NCBI RefSeq assembly: GCF_964355755.1 | Contig: NC_092672.1 | Location: 27,348,437-27,412,436, forward strand | Source: Antedon mediterranea | Lineage: Eukaryota; Animalia; Echinodermata | DNA: 64,000 bases | Direction: 5' to 3' | Shown here: in pieces, positions 1 through 13,500 of the stretch | How positions within the stretch are numbered: the first letter of the stretch is position 1 | Layout: each line of letters begins with the position of its first letter | Notes under the pieces: generated by a model | The model's database searches: none | What the model was told of the DNA's origin: nothing | Seen by the model: the letters and a program-made list of their open reading frames with translations, nothing else | Translations under genes and position numbers: made by a program

Positions 1-604
1 TTGATAAAGCTGATAATGATATTGCAATAAGTCGTAGAAAAAAATTAACGCACGAAGTTCATGTATTGTCCCTTTGTCAAATTCCAAAAAAATAAAAAAT
101 AAAAGATTTCGAAAAAAGTGGGTCATTTTGAAGTATCATAATAGTTATTAACTTTCACAAAAAATTTGTCGAAAAAAAATATCATTTAACTGAAATACAG
201 ACGTTTTTTGGTTCAAAAAATTTGACTTCCAGTCAAAGTTTTCAATCAAAACATACCTCATACAGCAACGCGCTTATTTGGCTACTCTGTATGCATACTC
301 ATAAAACTTCCTCGCGATCTGTGTGAAAACACCTTCTCAACCGTGACGAGTTGTAAACAATCCTAATCAGCATATGCAGAATGCGTACTTGTGGTTTGAA
401 ATCTTTGTTTACTTTCGCTCGCGACGATTTTCCAGACGAAATGTAATCAAACTAATTTAACTGTTAATTACGTAAACTTGTTGCTTTTGACTCGAATTTT
501 CGACTTAAAGTGAATAACTTTAATATTACTTTGATATGGCGAATTAAAATTTAGAATATTTTGACCTTCATTTTTTTGTGTTTGAAGGGACAATACATCT
601 TTAA
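1..604. mobile_element. Right end of a non-autonomous DNA transposon with TTAA target (Kolobok/piggyBac-like); left end outside window
   Basis: GGGACAATACATCT|TTAA at 587-604 is the same terminus as the element at 25993-26336. Confidence 0.4.
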
Positions 605-2181
605 AAGAATAGATAAAGATAATGCACTTCAGAATTTCTTTGGAAAAATTATCTGGAAAAACGTGCCTATACTTAAGTTGCTAATAAAGGTGGACCAAGG
701 GGTAAAAACTTATGGAAGCCGAAGTTCAAAACATAAACAGGCCGGGGTGGTCAGTTTTATTAAACACCTAAAACACACGGGAAACGCTAGGAAAATGCAT
801 GCCTATAGGCCTATGTCTGATTGCACTACTTACTAAAACGTCAAGGTGTACGCTCATAACTAGATTTAATTCGTCACTATGACGAATTATAGGTTATAGG
901 CCTATAATGCATTGATTTAAATTAAGATAATTAATTTTTAAAAGTTATTTTGATTGATTGCTTGATTTTGTCAGAATCTTTAATTATTTATAACATAGGA
1001 TCTTGCTAACGCAAATACAATAGTCGGTACCACAATCCGATCAAAGATCCCTCTGCGTAAAATGTCATAAACCACATAATAATAAAGACATAAAATGGCC
1101 CTAAGTTATTTTTTCTCTAGATTTCATTTTAAATCATGGATATAATCTATAGGCCTACACTAAGAAATAAAATTGAACAAACAATACGGATGATAAAAAA
1201 AAATTATTTTGTTTCGTTTCCCAAGGTGAAACTCGATCTCGGTACCTTGAATGCTATATAGGCCTAGCCGCGATAATCACAGACCACCGAGCTACACACA
1301 ATTCTGAATGAAAGTTGAAGATCAGAAAGATTCTCCGTGTATTTTTCTATGCAGTAGTAGGCCTAGTATAACCACTTTGGTGGAGATAGATTATACACCG
1401 GAAGAAGAAGGTTAATGTTAAGTTTGTATGTATTCAATATGCAATTAATAATGACGTAATCAACGTTTTCCTCTTAATTTCATAATAACTCATAAAATAG
1501 ATAGGGGTTCCCGAGCATTCTGACGATCTATATTTAATTTCAAAATTTAGCATAATTTTCACCATTTTGTTAACTTACACGTGCGTAGCCTGTTACATAT
1601 CTGACGTTAGGGCCTACTCGTATAACGCAATTTGTTGAAAGCAGTGGTGGCTGCAGGATCTCCGACACGGGGGATAAATTCCCAGACGGTGTGTGGGGGG
1701 GGGGGGGGAGGCATTAGCGTAATTTGAGGCCGTTTTAATCAGATTTTGGGTAGCCAACTTTATAATAAACATTCGGAATTATGACCTTCTGGCCTTGTCC
1801 GTATGTCATAATCACTATCGGAAGAGCCTAAATCCGTTTGAGCACATATTTAAACGCATGCGCACCTAATGTATGTAATGTGATTAATGGACACTGCCAA
1901 GTTCGATTATCTATATTATCTGATTTGTGTTTTGATTATTCACCATTTCCTTTAGTTTGTTGACTTGACAACAAACGTGATGACCTTATTTGGTTATTTA
2001 CTTAATGAGGTATCTTTCTATTATTATTACATCATTGTGTGAAAGTTAACACTGAGCCGAGATAACAAACACACACGTCACCGGACTTGCATCAGTCTAA
2101 ACCAAAACTACGACTTCAGCACTTACTGCGGTATTACGACACAAACAGTTTAGCCTACCTCACTTCTACTACTTAAGGTTG

Positions 2182-3735
2182 ATGATGGCTTTTCTTGGCT
2201 TAGAAACAACTACATGGCTGCTCGTTTTGTGTGTTGTAATTCTACTGTATATCTATGGCATATGGGGTTTATCCTATTGGAAAGATCAAGGTGTGCCTGG
2301 ACCAAAACCACTGCCCTATCTTGGAAATGGTGTTGAAATATTCTTTACAACCGGTATGCACCAAAGTCAATTGAAGTACATTCTAAAGCATGGTCCTGTT
2401 GTTGGTATATACGAAGGAAGAAGACCACATATAATAATAGGAGATTTGGATAAACTCAGACAAATACTTATCAAGGATTTTGACAATTTTCAAGATCACA
2501 GAACGGTTGGTGACCTCGATATGAAACCTTTTGATAAGGGGCTGACTCAGTTAAAAGGCCATGAGTGGAAGAGAATTCGAAATACAGTTACTCCGACCTT
2601 CAGCTCAGGTAAGCTTAAAATGATGGTGCCATTGATAAATGCAGCTTGTCAAAGTCTACCAGAAAGAATTGGGGACCTTATTAAAGAAGGGAAAGATATC
2701 AACGTAAAGGACGTGTATGGTTGCTTGATGATGGATGTTGTTTCTAGCACAAACTTTGGACTTCAGCTTGACTCTGTGAAAAATCCAGAAAACCCATTTA
2801 TCAAAAACATAAAGACAATGCTTAATGGAGGGCAGATATGGATGTTTGCCCTTGCTATGATGATACCTGGATTCGGAAAATTGTGCAACTCAATAGGCTT
2901 AGGTGTCTTTTCTAAAAGCGCAATTAAATTCTTTATGGATGTAACCGAACAAGTTGTCGAAGGACGAAAAAAGGACCCAAGTGACAAACGAATTGATTTC
3001 ATTCGATTGATGATTGATGCGCATGATATGGACATCACAAAAGAGGAAGATGGGCTCAAGATCAGTTTTGATGAAAATGCAGAAAGTGTACCAAAAAAGA
3101 AACTTTCAACCGAAGAGATGATGGCTCAATCTTTATTTTTTATAGCTGCTGGCTATGACACAACCAGTACTCTATTAAGTTTCATTTCTTACGCAATGGC
3201 TCTTAATCCTGACATACAAGATAAGCTTGTTAACCACATTGAAGACATATTGAAAGGTAAAGACACAGTGACATATGAAGATGTAAGTAAAATGGAATAT
3301 TTGGACCAGATCATTCAAGAAACCCTGAGGATGTATCCTTCTGCTCCTTCGACAGACAGGCTTTGTACCTCAACGTGGACGGATGGTGACCTTACAATTG
3401 AAAAGGGTGTTGGAGTAGTCGTTCCAATTTGGGCAATCCATCACAACCCTAGTATCTGGCCGGAACCAGAAAAGTTTGACCCCGAGCGATTTAGCAAGGA
3501 GAACAAGGAAAAACACCACCCAATGTCTTGGATTCCATTTGGACATGGGCCTAGGAACTGTGTTGGTATGCGATTTGCTCTGACAACAGTTAAATTTGCA
3601 GTTGTGCACATATTCCGAAAGTATCGATCCGTTCCAGTTAAGAATACCCCTATTCCTATAGAATCCAAAAAAAGTGACATCGGCCAGGTTATTCCAAAGA
3701 GTGGTATTCCACTTGGTTTTGAGAAGATGCAGTAG
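2182..3735 (+). CDS. Cytochrome P450, clan 3 (CYP3A-like), intronless, 517 aa from first ATG
   Basis: N-terminal TM anchor, PGPKP hinge, WKRIR, I-helix AGYDTT, ETLR, PERF and heme motif FGHGPRNCVG. The ORF track starts at TTG 2179; first ATG is 2182. AATAAA signals downstream. Confidence 0.95.
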   Translation: MMAFLGLETTTWLLVLCVVILLYIYGIWGLSYWKDQGVPGPKPLPYLGNGVEIFFTTGMHQSQLKYILKHGPVVGIYEGRRPHIIIGDLDKLRQILIKDFDNFQDHRTVGDLDMKPFDKGLTQLKGHEWKRIRNTVTPTFSSGKLKMMVPLINAACQSLPERIGDLIKEGKDINVKDVYGCLMMDVVSSTNFGLQLDSVKNPENPFIKNIKTMLNGGQIWMFALAMMIPGFGKLCNSIGLGVFSKSAIKFFMDVTEQVVEGRKKDPSDKRIDFIRLMIDAHDMDITKEEDGLKISFDENAESVPKKKLSTEEMMAQSLFFIAAGYDTTSTLLSFISYAMALNPDIQDKLVNHIEDILKGKDTVTYEDVSKMEYLDQIIQETLRMYPSAPSTDRLCTSTWTDGDLTIEKGVGVVVPIWAIHHNPSIWPEPEKFDPERFSKENKEKHHPMSWIPFGHGPRNCVGMRFALTTVKFAVVHIFRKYRSVPVKNTPIPIESKKSDIGQVIPKSGIPLGFEKMQ

Positions 3736-5992
3736 TCAAGTCAATACTGCACATTTTCAGAAGAATCCAATTACAACATCCATGCAATGATTGTAAATTA
3801 TTTGACAAATTTTACCCTATTACCGGTTGTGGTTTTGATTTATGAACAAATTTTAAAATAAAATAATAATAAACATTGACTTAAATTTACTTTGAGAAAA
3901 AGTAGTTTTGAGAGTAGCTAAGTCTTGGAAACTACAAAAATAAAACATTATTTTAAAATTCACTGATTCACTCCACCTATAAATTATACTTTTGTGCAAA
4001 ATATTGCATTTCCTGATGACAAAAATGTTAATACTGTAATAATAATAGGTTACAGAAAAAAATTACAATTTTGAACTTTAAATGAAATCATTTGCAGTAG
4101 GCTTATACTATTACTGTATAAAAACGAATCAAATAAAGATCACATTTCCAGTTTGACTTGTGCATGCTTTATTTTGGGTTTAACAAATTGTATTCAACAT
4201 CTACCTTTTAGATCATGCATACACAGCACATGGCTTTCACTATGATGAAGCCTCGTTTGTACAAAACATTTGTTGGTCAAACAAATTTGGTAGCAGCGTT
4301 CGTAAGCAGAAAAAATAATTAGACACTATGGCAAGTTCCGCGCCATGCCAGTCTTTATAAAAACATTTATTGATGAGGCGAAAATCGACCATATCTCTTT
4401 TAATTGTTTAGCGTCCACAAAATAATACGACGCACCTCTTCTCTTAAACTTGCCCCAAGTCTCTAGTTATTTCAAGTCTTTTTGAAGTTTCTCTGAACCT
4501 GAAATGTAGTATACATATGAAACGCCATATGTGCAAAAATATTTATCTTTTTACTAATATTAGGTCAAAACTCTGTATGTACCCCAGACTACTCTTCTCT
4601 GTGGAACATGGTCTACACAAACCCCCATATTTTCGAGCGTCTAACAACTTTTCTGGACCCAATCAAACGTTTTCTCCAAGACCAGTTGTTCAGTCAAAGT
4701 TTATATTCTCTGCTTTGGTACACGACATGTTAAAGCCATCCTGGTTTTAGTGGAACAGCTTTACCGCCGGTCGTTGCAAATCAAAAAGCCTAATTAGAAT
4801 TCTCTGAAAACTAAAACAGCCTACAACTACCATTGGGGCATTATTAAAGCAGAACTAAATAATGCAGTGTGTAATGTTTTTTTCACCTTTCTTTTCCGGT
4901 CACATAATCAATTTTACTTATTTGAGGGGGTGAAGAGACACAAGCAAGGCTTTCACTGTTTCTATATACAAATATCGACACCAGAATCGATCATACAAGC
5001 CTACCAAACCACAGACTTGTAACAAATTAAAAAAGGGTCCTATAAAAAAGAAAACCTTTCTTCTTCCTCAACTAAAATTATTTATTGGTACTATGTCTAT
5101 TACATATGTAGGCAAAAAGTAAAATTAATAAATAAACTACATTGTATTCAACTCATAATAATTCTTAAAAATTAAGACAAACTTTTCTAATTAAAAATAT
5201 TCAAATCTCATCAACTGATCTTTTGTCTTTTTTATGTCATATTTCAAACCAAAATGAAATGAAACTATGGTAGAAAATGACTATAATTTATGAAAAATCA
5301 AACGTTAAATGAATAAAAACAAAAGAAAACAAATAGTGTCCCATTTACAGTTACATTTCGGTACCAGGCATATTTTTAAGTGATGTCCATTTCTCTTGAT
5401 AATTTGTAAAAAATACATTCAAACTCGCCACGATCCTTTACAATACACCATATAGTATCCAACTCAACAGTGATGTCATAATCAAAATGCTGAAACATAA
5501 AAAAATATGTATAAATACGGAGTATTTTAACATTTGATGTAAAAATAAATATTATATGGTCCTACTGCAATAACCGTTTCATCTTTAAAAGGTTAAAAAT
5601 GTCAAAAATAAGTTGATTCTAATCATTTTATTGGCCCACTATAAATCCAAACATTCATTGCGCACGGATTGATATTTTAGTTTTTCTTCTATGATTCACC
5701 TACAGTACTTTCGATCGATTGTAAGGCCAAAATAAATAGAAGATAATTAATGCATCATCATTCTAGGCCTATAACTAGCGTACGATGTTAATACGTTACT
5801 GTTGTTTAGCTAGGCCTACAGAACTTAGCCTGGCTAGGCCTAGCCTAAAAACTGTACACGAGAGGACATTCAACGCGAGCTACTTAGGTAGTGCATCGTT
5901 TCTTTTCTTTTTATCATCAATTACCTTAAAATGTACATCTAAGACGAGGAATGACTTGGTTTAATGTTTTTAAAGTAATATATTACTATTAA

Positions 5993-7297
5993 CTAGATGG
6001 TACGCTCGCGTACCATCTAGGTCGTGCCCACAGATGGTTCTCGAATACACAGTAATTTCAGCGTAACAAAACTGGCGATTTCAAATGTACGTACCGCAGG
6101 ACTATAATACATTGTCGTTTACAGAAACGAATGAATAGACACGATGATTTATGTAGTCAACTAAAGTTAGCACCCTGGGAATTACTTCCGAAGGAGAAAC
6201 TTATCACAAAATGAGTCCAAATTTTTGATTTGGACTCATTTAAAGAAACCCAATTTGTGTTTTGTATGTAACATTAGGGTTGAGGGATGGGAAAGCGGAT
6301 AGGTACAAAGAGGAAACATTTTTAAATATATTCTTTATCCACTCAGTAACGAAATATTTTTTTCATGTTTTATAGGCCTATAAATAATATACCTCTAAAT
6401 AAAGTAAAACATTTGCGATTTAATACTTTGTTAAAACTGTCACTGTCATAATCGATTGAAATATCAAAGTACATGTCACGATACACCACTACGACGTTTA
6501 TATTATTGGTAATTATTAATTAATACAAACGTTGAGAGAAGGAACTGTCAGTATAAAGTTTATTTGTATATAATAATGTGTTTATATATAAGTAGAGCCT
6601 AACCACAATCTCAGTAATAAAGTTTATTTGTATATATTTTTATATTACATCTAACAGTATGAACATTCACAGTAAGAAATGTTCGATTCAAATGACGACC
6701 AAAAATAGTTAATAGGTATTTACAGTATTGTCAAAGTATTGCAAGTTTATTCTCAAAGGGCCCATATATTTACCTACCGTATGTGTTAAACCAAGGGCTC
6801 ATAAATTTACCTACTTGTGTTAAACCAAACTCTGGGATGTTCCATTCATCGCAAATCAATACATTTGTATAATCGTATATTAAATCTATCAAAATAGTAT
6901 TTTTTTAAAAGAAAATCGGCCTGTCTTCAACATTATGATGCTGTACTCTAGCTGTTCAACTAGTTTTCAGCTATTAAAAACAATTATCGTAGGAGGAGAT
7001 AGGAAAATGCGAAGCCTCCTCGCATTTTTGTGGCGGGTATTTTTCAAGATGGACATCCATTAGACAGTGTATACCACGATCGGAAAACACCCCTATTTGG
7101 GGCAAATCGTTGAACCTAAATTCGTTTTAATCGTCAATAACTAATTACCTAACTCAATTTAATTAGTAAACAGGGTTATGTCAGATGGTTAAAATCAGTA
7201 CCGAAAGTATGAACCAACTTTATATACCATCGAGTAAAAATTCTATAAATTAACCTAGATTTATCGAATTTTGCCCTTACGTAAATTTATATATAGA
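5993..7297 (-). mobile_element. Non-autonomous Helitron
   Basis: On the minus strand it starts A|TCTATATATAAATT (7297) and ends in a perfect 13-bp hairpin CTAGATGGTACGC-nn-GCGTACCATCTAG terminating CTAG|T (5993). Not seen in the matching intron of copy B. Confidence 0.7.
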
Positions 7298-7809
7298 TAT
7301 ATATGCATTATTTTTACAAAATTTCTAAAATTGAAGGGAACGGGTCTTTAATTATGAACCTAAATTTTACTAAAACAAAATTATATTATTATTATTAATA
7401 TAATTTGCCGAATACAAAACGTATTGATTGCATGAAGTTTGAAGCACAGCACAGCACATTTCAGGAGTTAATTTTCATGACCTTTCTAGGTCCATGATTT
7501 TAAAAAAGGAACAGGTTTATTTAGCAAAATCCAATTTCAGTTACCCTTTCTAATACTCCTTCTAATGTAACAACCTTATACATCTCGCCTGTATCATTGT
7601 CATGGAAATAGATGCGCCCTTTTTGGTCTTCATCTGTGCTGACAACCATTAATAAATCTAGCTCACTTTCATGTTGAACATCTTTCAAAGTCTAAAAAAA
7701 AATACAAACATTAATTTTTTTTCAATTGAAATCATGAATATAATATGTTGGTTTCAAAGTCTGAAAAAAAATACACATTCATGTTTCAATATTTTGGTTG
7801 AAAAGAATT

Positions 7810-8334
7810 ATTGTTGAAGGGAATGTAAAATAATAAACATTTCGTGTGTTATTAATACTTTATCACACAAACGTTGACCGAGTTCTATATAAGATTAAGC
7901 AAGTTTTACTTTTCCTTCACACTAAACAATAATCCTTTTCACAGCCTAAATATAATTTGAAGAAGATGAATTTCTTTAATCACATGTTACAATAAAAGAT
8001 AAATTTTTAATACACAAAGAGATATTCTACTTGTAAGCGCTAACTCAATTATTGAGGATATCTTAGCCAAGGATTTTTCTTTAACATTTAATTTTACATT
8101 TTTAAGTGAAATTTTTATTTTTGGTTCCGATCTTCTTTCGAATTGTGAAAATGCTTTATTATTTTATTATGTACAACAATTTCTTGTTAATTCTGGAAGA
8201 TTTAATTGATGTTTCTGTTAGTTGTTTTAAAATGTTGTATTTGTTAATCTGAGGCGCCTTGAAGCTAAGATGGTTCCATCTTGTAAGGCGCCTCTGTGTA
8301 ATATACTGAATAAAAAAAAAAAAAAAAAAAAAAA
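7810..8334 (+). mobile_element. 5'-truncated LINE (CR1/L2/Crack-like) 3' end
   Basis: C-terminal peptide LFFGSDLLSNCENALLFYYVQQFLVNSGRFN*, 3'UTR stem-loop at 8251-8294, then AATAAA and poly(A). Left boundary approximate. Confidence 0.6.
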
Positions 8335-9250
8335 GATAAATTTACCTCATTTCCAGGCCAAGGGACTAAAGATGAATCAAAGACCCTTGGCGTGACTACC
8401 CCTCCAGTTGTTGGTGCTGATGATCTTTGTGTTACATTGTTCTTCATGTTAATATTAAATAATTCTACCACTTCTGAATTTGTTGAAGATTGTTTAATTT
8501 TTAACATTCTGTAAATTAAAGCACATTTGTATTTTTGTTACTTTGTATATTTTATAATTTGTACGTTCAAAGCTTATGCATTTAATATCTATATTACACT
8601 ACAGGTTTCCCTCCATTAGAGACCGCTGTACCGCAGGCTGGATGATAATCTATCTTTTACTACAGTATTAGTTCATAGATTTCCTTTAATTAGAGATCAA
8701 GACCACAGTTTGGGTGAACTCAACTGACCACTTTAAAATTGGGATTTTTAGGGTTTTTTAATGCACAATTTAGTTATCTTTAGTTATAAGGATTCTAATT
8801 TGAGACCTGCACAGCTACTAAAATCTGGGTTCCAAATGTAGATAAGGTTTCACCTTTTCATAAAGGCCTTTGACAACACATGGCCCACACACACACAGAT
8901 TGTTCTATTGTTTGCCATCACTGCACCACCATGGCTACAGTACTGACCGGTATCTAGAACAAATAATAACTTCTTGAAAATTTAAATCTGCAAATTTATC
9001 ATGGACACTAACCTCATCTTGTTTGGTCCAGTGTGTATTATCCTTCCCGATTCATCCCAGTGAAACCAAGATTTCTCCCCTGTTGTAGGATCCTGAACAA
9101 GATTTAATCTCCCATTGACGGCCTAGAGAACAATGTTATTTTCAGTCAGGGGAAAAATTGCAAAAGGCTTCCTACAGTACTTTCTAGGATTTTTATCAGA
9201 TAATCTATATTGTTTTGACAACACTTTTGATTTTACCTGATTTATCATTA

Positions 9251-9988
9251 CTAGAGGGTGAGTGGCGATAATTATTTGATGTTTTATTGGGGAGGTGTTC
9301 CGGGCGTTTATTCAAATAAATAACATCCTAATTGGTATACTTAATACATTATTCCGTCAGTGAGCCGTTTTGGCCTAGGAAGGAAGACGCTTAATAGACG
9401 GCTTGTAACATGGGCAGAAGTATCCCAGGGTCCTGACGGGACACAGATAGCGCACAGTATACATAAAGTCCTGGCAGCTTCTCAACAACTCGGCTATCAG
9501 GGTTTAATTCGATTTCAAACAAAAGCTTTATCAATTCTGTAATTTTATATAATTATTTCCCACAATTTACTCCTGTTTTATGAATATATTTAATTTGATC
9601 TTTATGTACTATACTGTACCTTCACACGCCCGGTCCGCGTCCGAAAATAAACCAAAATTGCTATTGCCACCAAGCACCAACGGCCAACTTAAATAACCAA
9701 CAATGCAGGGAACTTGCAAGGTGCTTGACGCACCTTACCGTGAACCCGGAAATTACTGCTACCGCGCATAGAGTTAAAATTTACTGATTGAAAATTTCTT
9801 ATAAAACCCTTTATAATATCTTTCTAAGAAAGAAATATGGAACAAAAGCGTAGTACTGAAAACTAATGTTATCAAATATATGTTTCGCGGTACATCTGAG
9901 ATAGATAAGGTATCCAAGGCGGAGATTAGTACCAAAGTTTTTCTATTGTGGTTGCCTATGTCAGAATTAACCATAATTTATATATAGA
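9251..9988 (-). mobile_element. Second non-autonomous Helitron-like element
   Basis: Same 5' end TCTATATATAAATT (9988) and a CTAG|T 3' end (9251); 3' hairpin not evident. Confidence 0.5.
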
Positions 9989-10194
9989 TACTTTAATAAT
10001 CTTCGTTTTAGCACATCTACTGTTTCAAAGTAAATAGACAGTACCATTTTAACCAATGAAAATTATTATATTTTACTTATCTTTTATTCCTGTTAAACAA
10101 TCTGTTGCATAATTTATGAGTCATGATTCCTTCATGTGTCATAAATTAATCAAGAGATTGTGTTTATGACTTTGGAACTGTAATCTATAGCCAT

Positions 10195-10345
10195 ATCGGC
10201 AAGAGGTTTCAATCTCACTTGCTTTATTGATTCTGGTGGTAGAACCAGTCTTCTCGGATAAGGACTATAAACTGTAGGTCTGGTATCATACACAATATGC
10301 TTGTGTGAATTGGCAGCACTGAATGACATGACCCTTAGGAAGAAG
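10195..10345 (+). mobile_element. SINE-like dispersed repeat
   Basis: CTTCTCGGATAAGGACTATAAACTGTAGG resembles an inverted copy near 52797-52832; boundaries approximate. Confidence 0.35.
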
Positions 10346-10531
10346 CATGTCAAATCCATAGCATAAGAAGCAATTCATGGCACTAAACAGAAGTTTGTTT
10401 GAAGTAATTGTCGATTATGAAGCATAGAGGTTATACAATGTTGATACCTTACCTTGTCATCATTTTCCATATTAAAAACCGTTATATCACCATAATTTGG
10501 CATAAATGAAATGATGTAATGCCAGGGAAAT

Positions 10532-10534
<3 letters not shown>

Positions 10535-10573
<39 letters not shown>

Positions 10574-13500
10574 ATGGCGCCGTTCAATGGTGACACAGCT
10601 CTGTTGGCTCTGTTAATGTGTTCTGTGTTTTTGTCTTTTCTTGTGGATGATATTGGTGCAATAATCACTTATACCAGGATTGAATTGGTAAATATTAGAG
10701 AAAATGTGTCAAATCGGCCGATCAACTTGCCCGAGTCTCTACTTTACAACGATTTTTTCAAGCCCGACGACGTAGGCCTACCAAATCCGGTATTGAAAAC
10801 CCCGCGAAGAAGAGGTAGGCGTGGCGGTGTTTTAGCGAGGCTTAGGCGAGATTCGTGGAAATCACCGTTACCAAGTATCTTTTTAGGTAACGTGAGATCT
10901 CTAAAAAACAAATTTGACGAACTTACCTGCTGCTTAAACACAAAACGCGAATTTTGTAACTCTTGTATTTTCGCATTTACGGAAACCTGGCTTGATCAAA
11001 ATGTACCCGATCAGTACGTCACCACAGAATTTTGGGATGTATAGACAGGATCGTGACTCGGAAGCTGTAGGGAAATCCCGCGGGGGCGGAGTATGTCTAC
11101 TTGTTAATCAAAATTGGTGTAAGGATGTAAAGAATCTGTCAGCCATATGCACATCGCAACTGGAGGCGCTTACGATTCGCTGTCGTCCTTTCTACTTACC
11201 ACGAGAGTTGACGTCGCTAATCATAACAGTAGTCTACATACCTCCTGATGCAAATGCAGAATCCGCGGCTACCCAACTATCTACTATAGTAACTGACAAC
11301 GAATTAAAACATCCAAATGCAACTTCCATAATATTAGGTGATTTCAACCACGTAAATTTGAAGAAAACGCTCCCCAAATTGTTTCAACATGTTACGGTTG
11401 CGACCCGGAACAATAACATCTTGGATCATTGTTATACAACAATTAAAGATGCTTACAGGTCACTGAAGCGACCTCCACTTGGCGAGTCCGACCACAACCT
11501 AATTTACATGATACCACGATACAGATGTCAGTTCAAGCGCGAGGCTGTCAAATCACGCATGATTAGCAAATGGACACCGGATAATATTATGAAACTACAA
11601 GGCTGCTTTGATTGTACAGACTGGAATGCTTTTAAGGACAGTTCGGACATTAACTTATGTACTGAATCCGTTATTTCATATATTAAATTCTGCCAGGACA
11701 TATGTATTGATAAAGACGTAGTTAAGATATATCCAAATCAAAACCCATGGTTTAATAAGTCTATTAAGGATCTGATACGAAATAGAGACAGGGCTTTCAG
11801 ATCAAATGATAAGGATCTATTTAGGAAATCAAAATACGAGTTAAGAAAGGGAATAAATAAAGCCAAGAGAGAATATAAAAATAGGTTAGAGGAAGATATA
11901 TCTTCCGGCGATTCCAGAGAGTTATGGAAAAGCTTAAATAAAATAACTAACTACAAACCAAAATCTGATAAAATTAACTCAAATGATGACCTACCCCAAC
12001 GACTGAATGATTTCTTCAGTCGTTTTGACACTCCCCCTCTCCATGAAGACAATAATTATGAAAATGGTAATGATGTACCGTTAGTTGTTCTTGAAGAGAA
12101 TACTTGTATTGAGTTTAGTAGATGTAAGTCAAATAAGTCAGCTGGTCCAGACGGTATATCCCCTATGCTTGTTAAACATTGTTGCAAACAGATTGCCCAT
12201 ATTTTTACTTACATTTTCAATTTCTCTCTTATATCTCAAATTATTCCGCGATGTTTTAAAGATTCTATAATAGTTCCAATTCCGAAACGTTCCCCAATCG
12301 AAACCCTGAATGATTATCGACCTATAACATTAACATCGGATCTGATGAAATGCTTTGAACATATAGTCCTTAATTACCTAAAGGCCAAGTGTCCTCGAGA
12401 TCTTGACCAATATCAGTTCGCCTATAGACCAAACCGGTCTACCGAAGATGCTGTATCGATCACTTTGCATAGGATCTTAGAGCATCTCGAACGTGATAAA
12501 AGATATGCTAGGATTTTATATATAGATTTTAGTTCAGCATTTAATACGATTGTACCGTATAAGTTACACACTAAGATGGTTGAAATCGGTTTCGATATTT
12601 CTATATGTAACTGGGTGTTAAACTTTTTAACTGATCGACCCCAACGTACTAAAGTGGGTACCACTATATCAGATAAGCGTATTATAAATACAGGTGTACC
12701 ACAGGGCTGTGTACTGTCGCCCTTTCTTTTTACTTTATTTACTTATGACTGTGTTACCTACTACAGTAACTGTCACATCGCTAAATTTGCGGATGATACT
12801 ACCATTGTAGGTCTAATCAATGATGACAGTGATGAGTCTAATTATCGCAACCAAGTTAAACGAGTTGTAGACTGGTGTAACGAAAACAATCTGTTCTTGA
12901 ATGTATCTAAGACTAAAGAAATGGTTGTTGATTTCCGTAAATCACTTAATGTCAAATATCCAATATTTATTAATGGTATATCAGTTGAGTTTGTAGAAGA
13001 ATTTAAATTCTTGGGTATTTATATTTCAAATGATCTGAAGTGGCATATTAACACACGTAACATTATTAGAAAGGCCCAAAGAAGAATCTACTTCCTACGT
13101 AGACTTAAATCATTTGGTATAAACTCTGAAATAATGTCGTCCTTCTATAGGTCAGTTATAGAGAGTGTAATAACGTATTCTTTAACGGTATGGTTCGGTA
13201 GCGCTACCGAAAATGAAAAGCGTGACCTAAATAGAATAGTCAAGACCGCATCGCGTATAATTGGATCTACACAACTGCCTTTGGAGAACATATTTTCGGA
13301 TCGTCTTCTGAAAAAGGCAGTGGCTATCAAAGATGATCATTTTCATCCGGCCTCTAGTATGTTCCAGTTGATGCGCAGCGGTCGGCGATTTCGTTCTATT
13401 AAGGCCAATAAGGCACGATTTACAAATAGTTTCTTTCCAGGATCTATTAGAGCCTTAAATATGATGTAGACTTTTTTTTGTAATGTTTTTGTTTTTGAGT

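Noticed and set aside
1220-1300. tRNA-like sequence on the minus strand
   Set aside because: Too degenerate to call; likely an old SINE head.
2763-3680. Short antisense ORFs within the P450, and similar ones within the LINE, Gypsy and cGLR
   Set aside because: Shadow frames of real coding sequence with no independent motifs.
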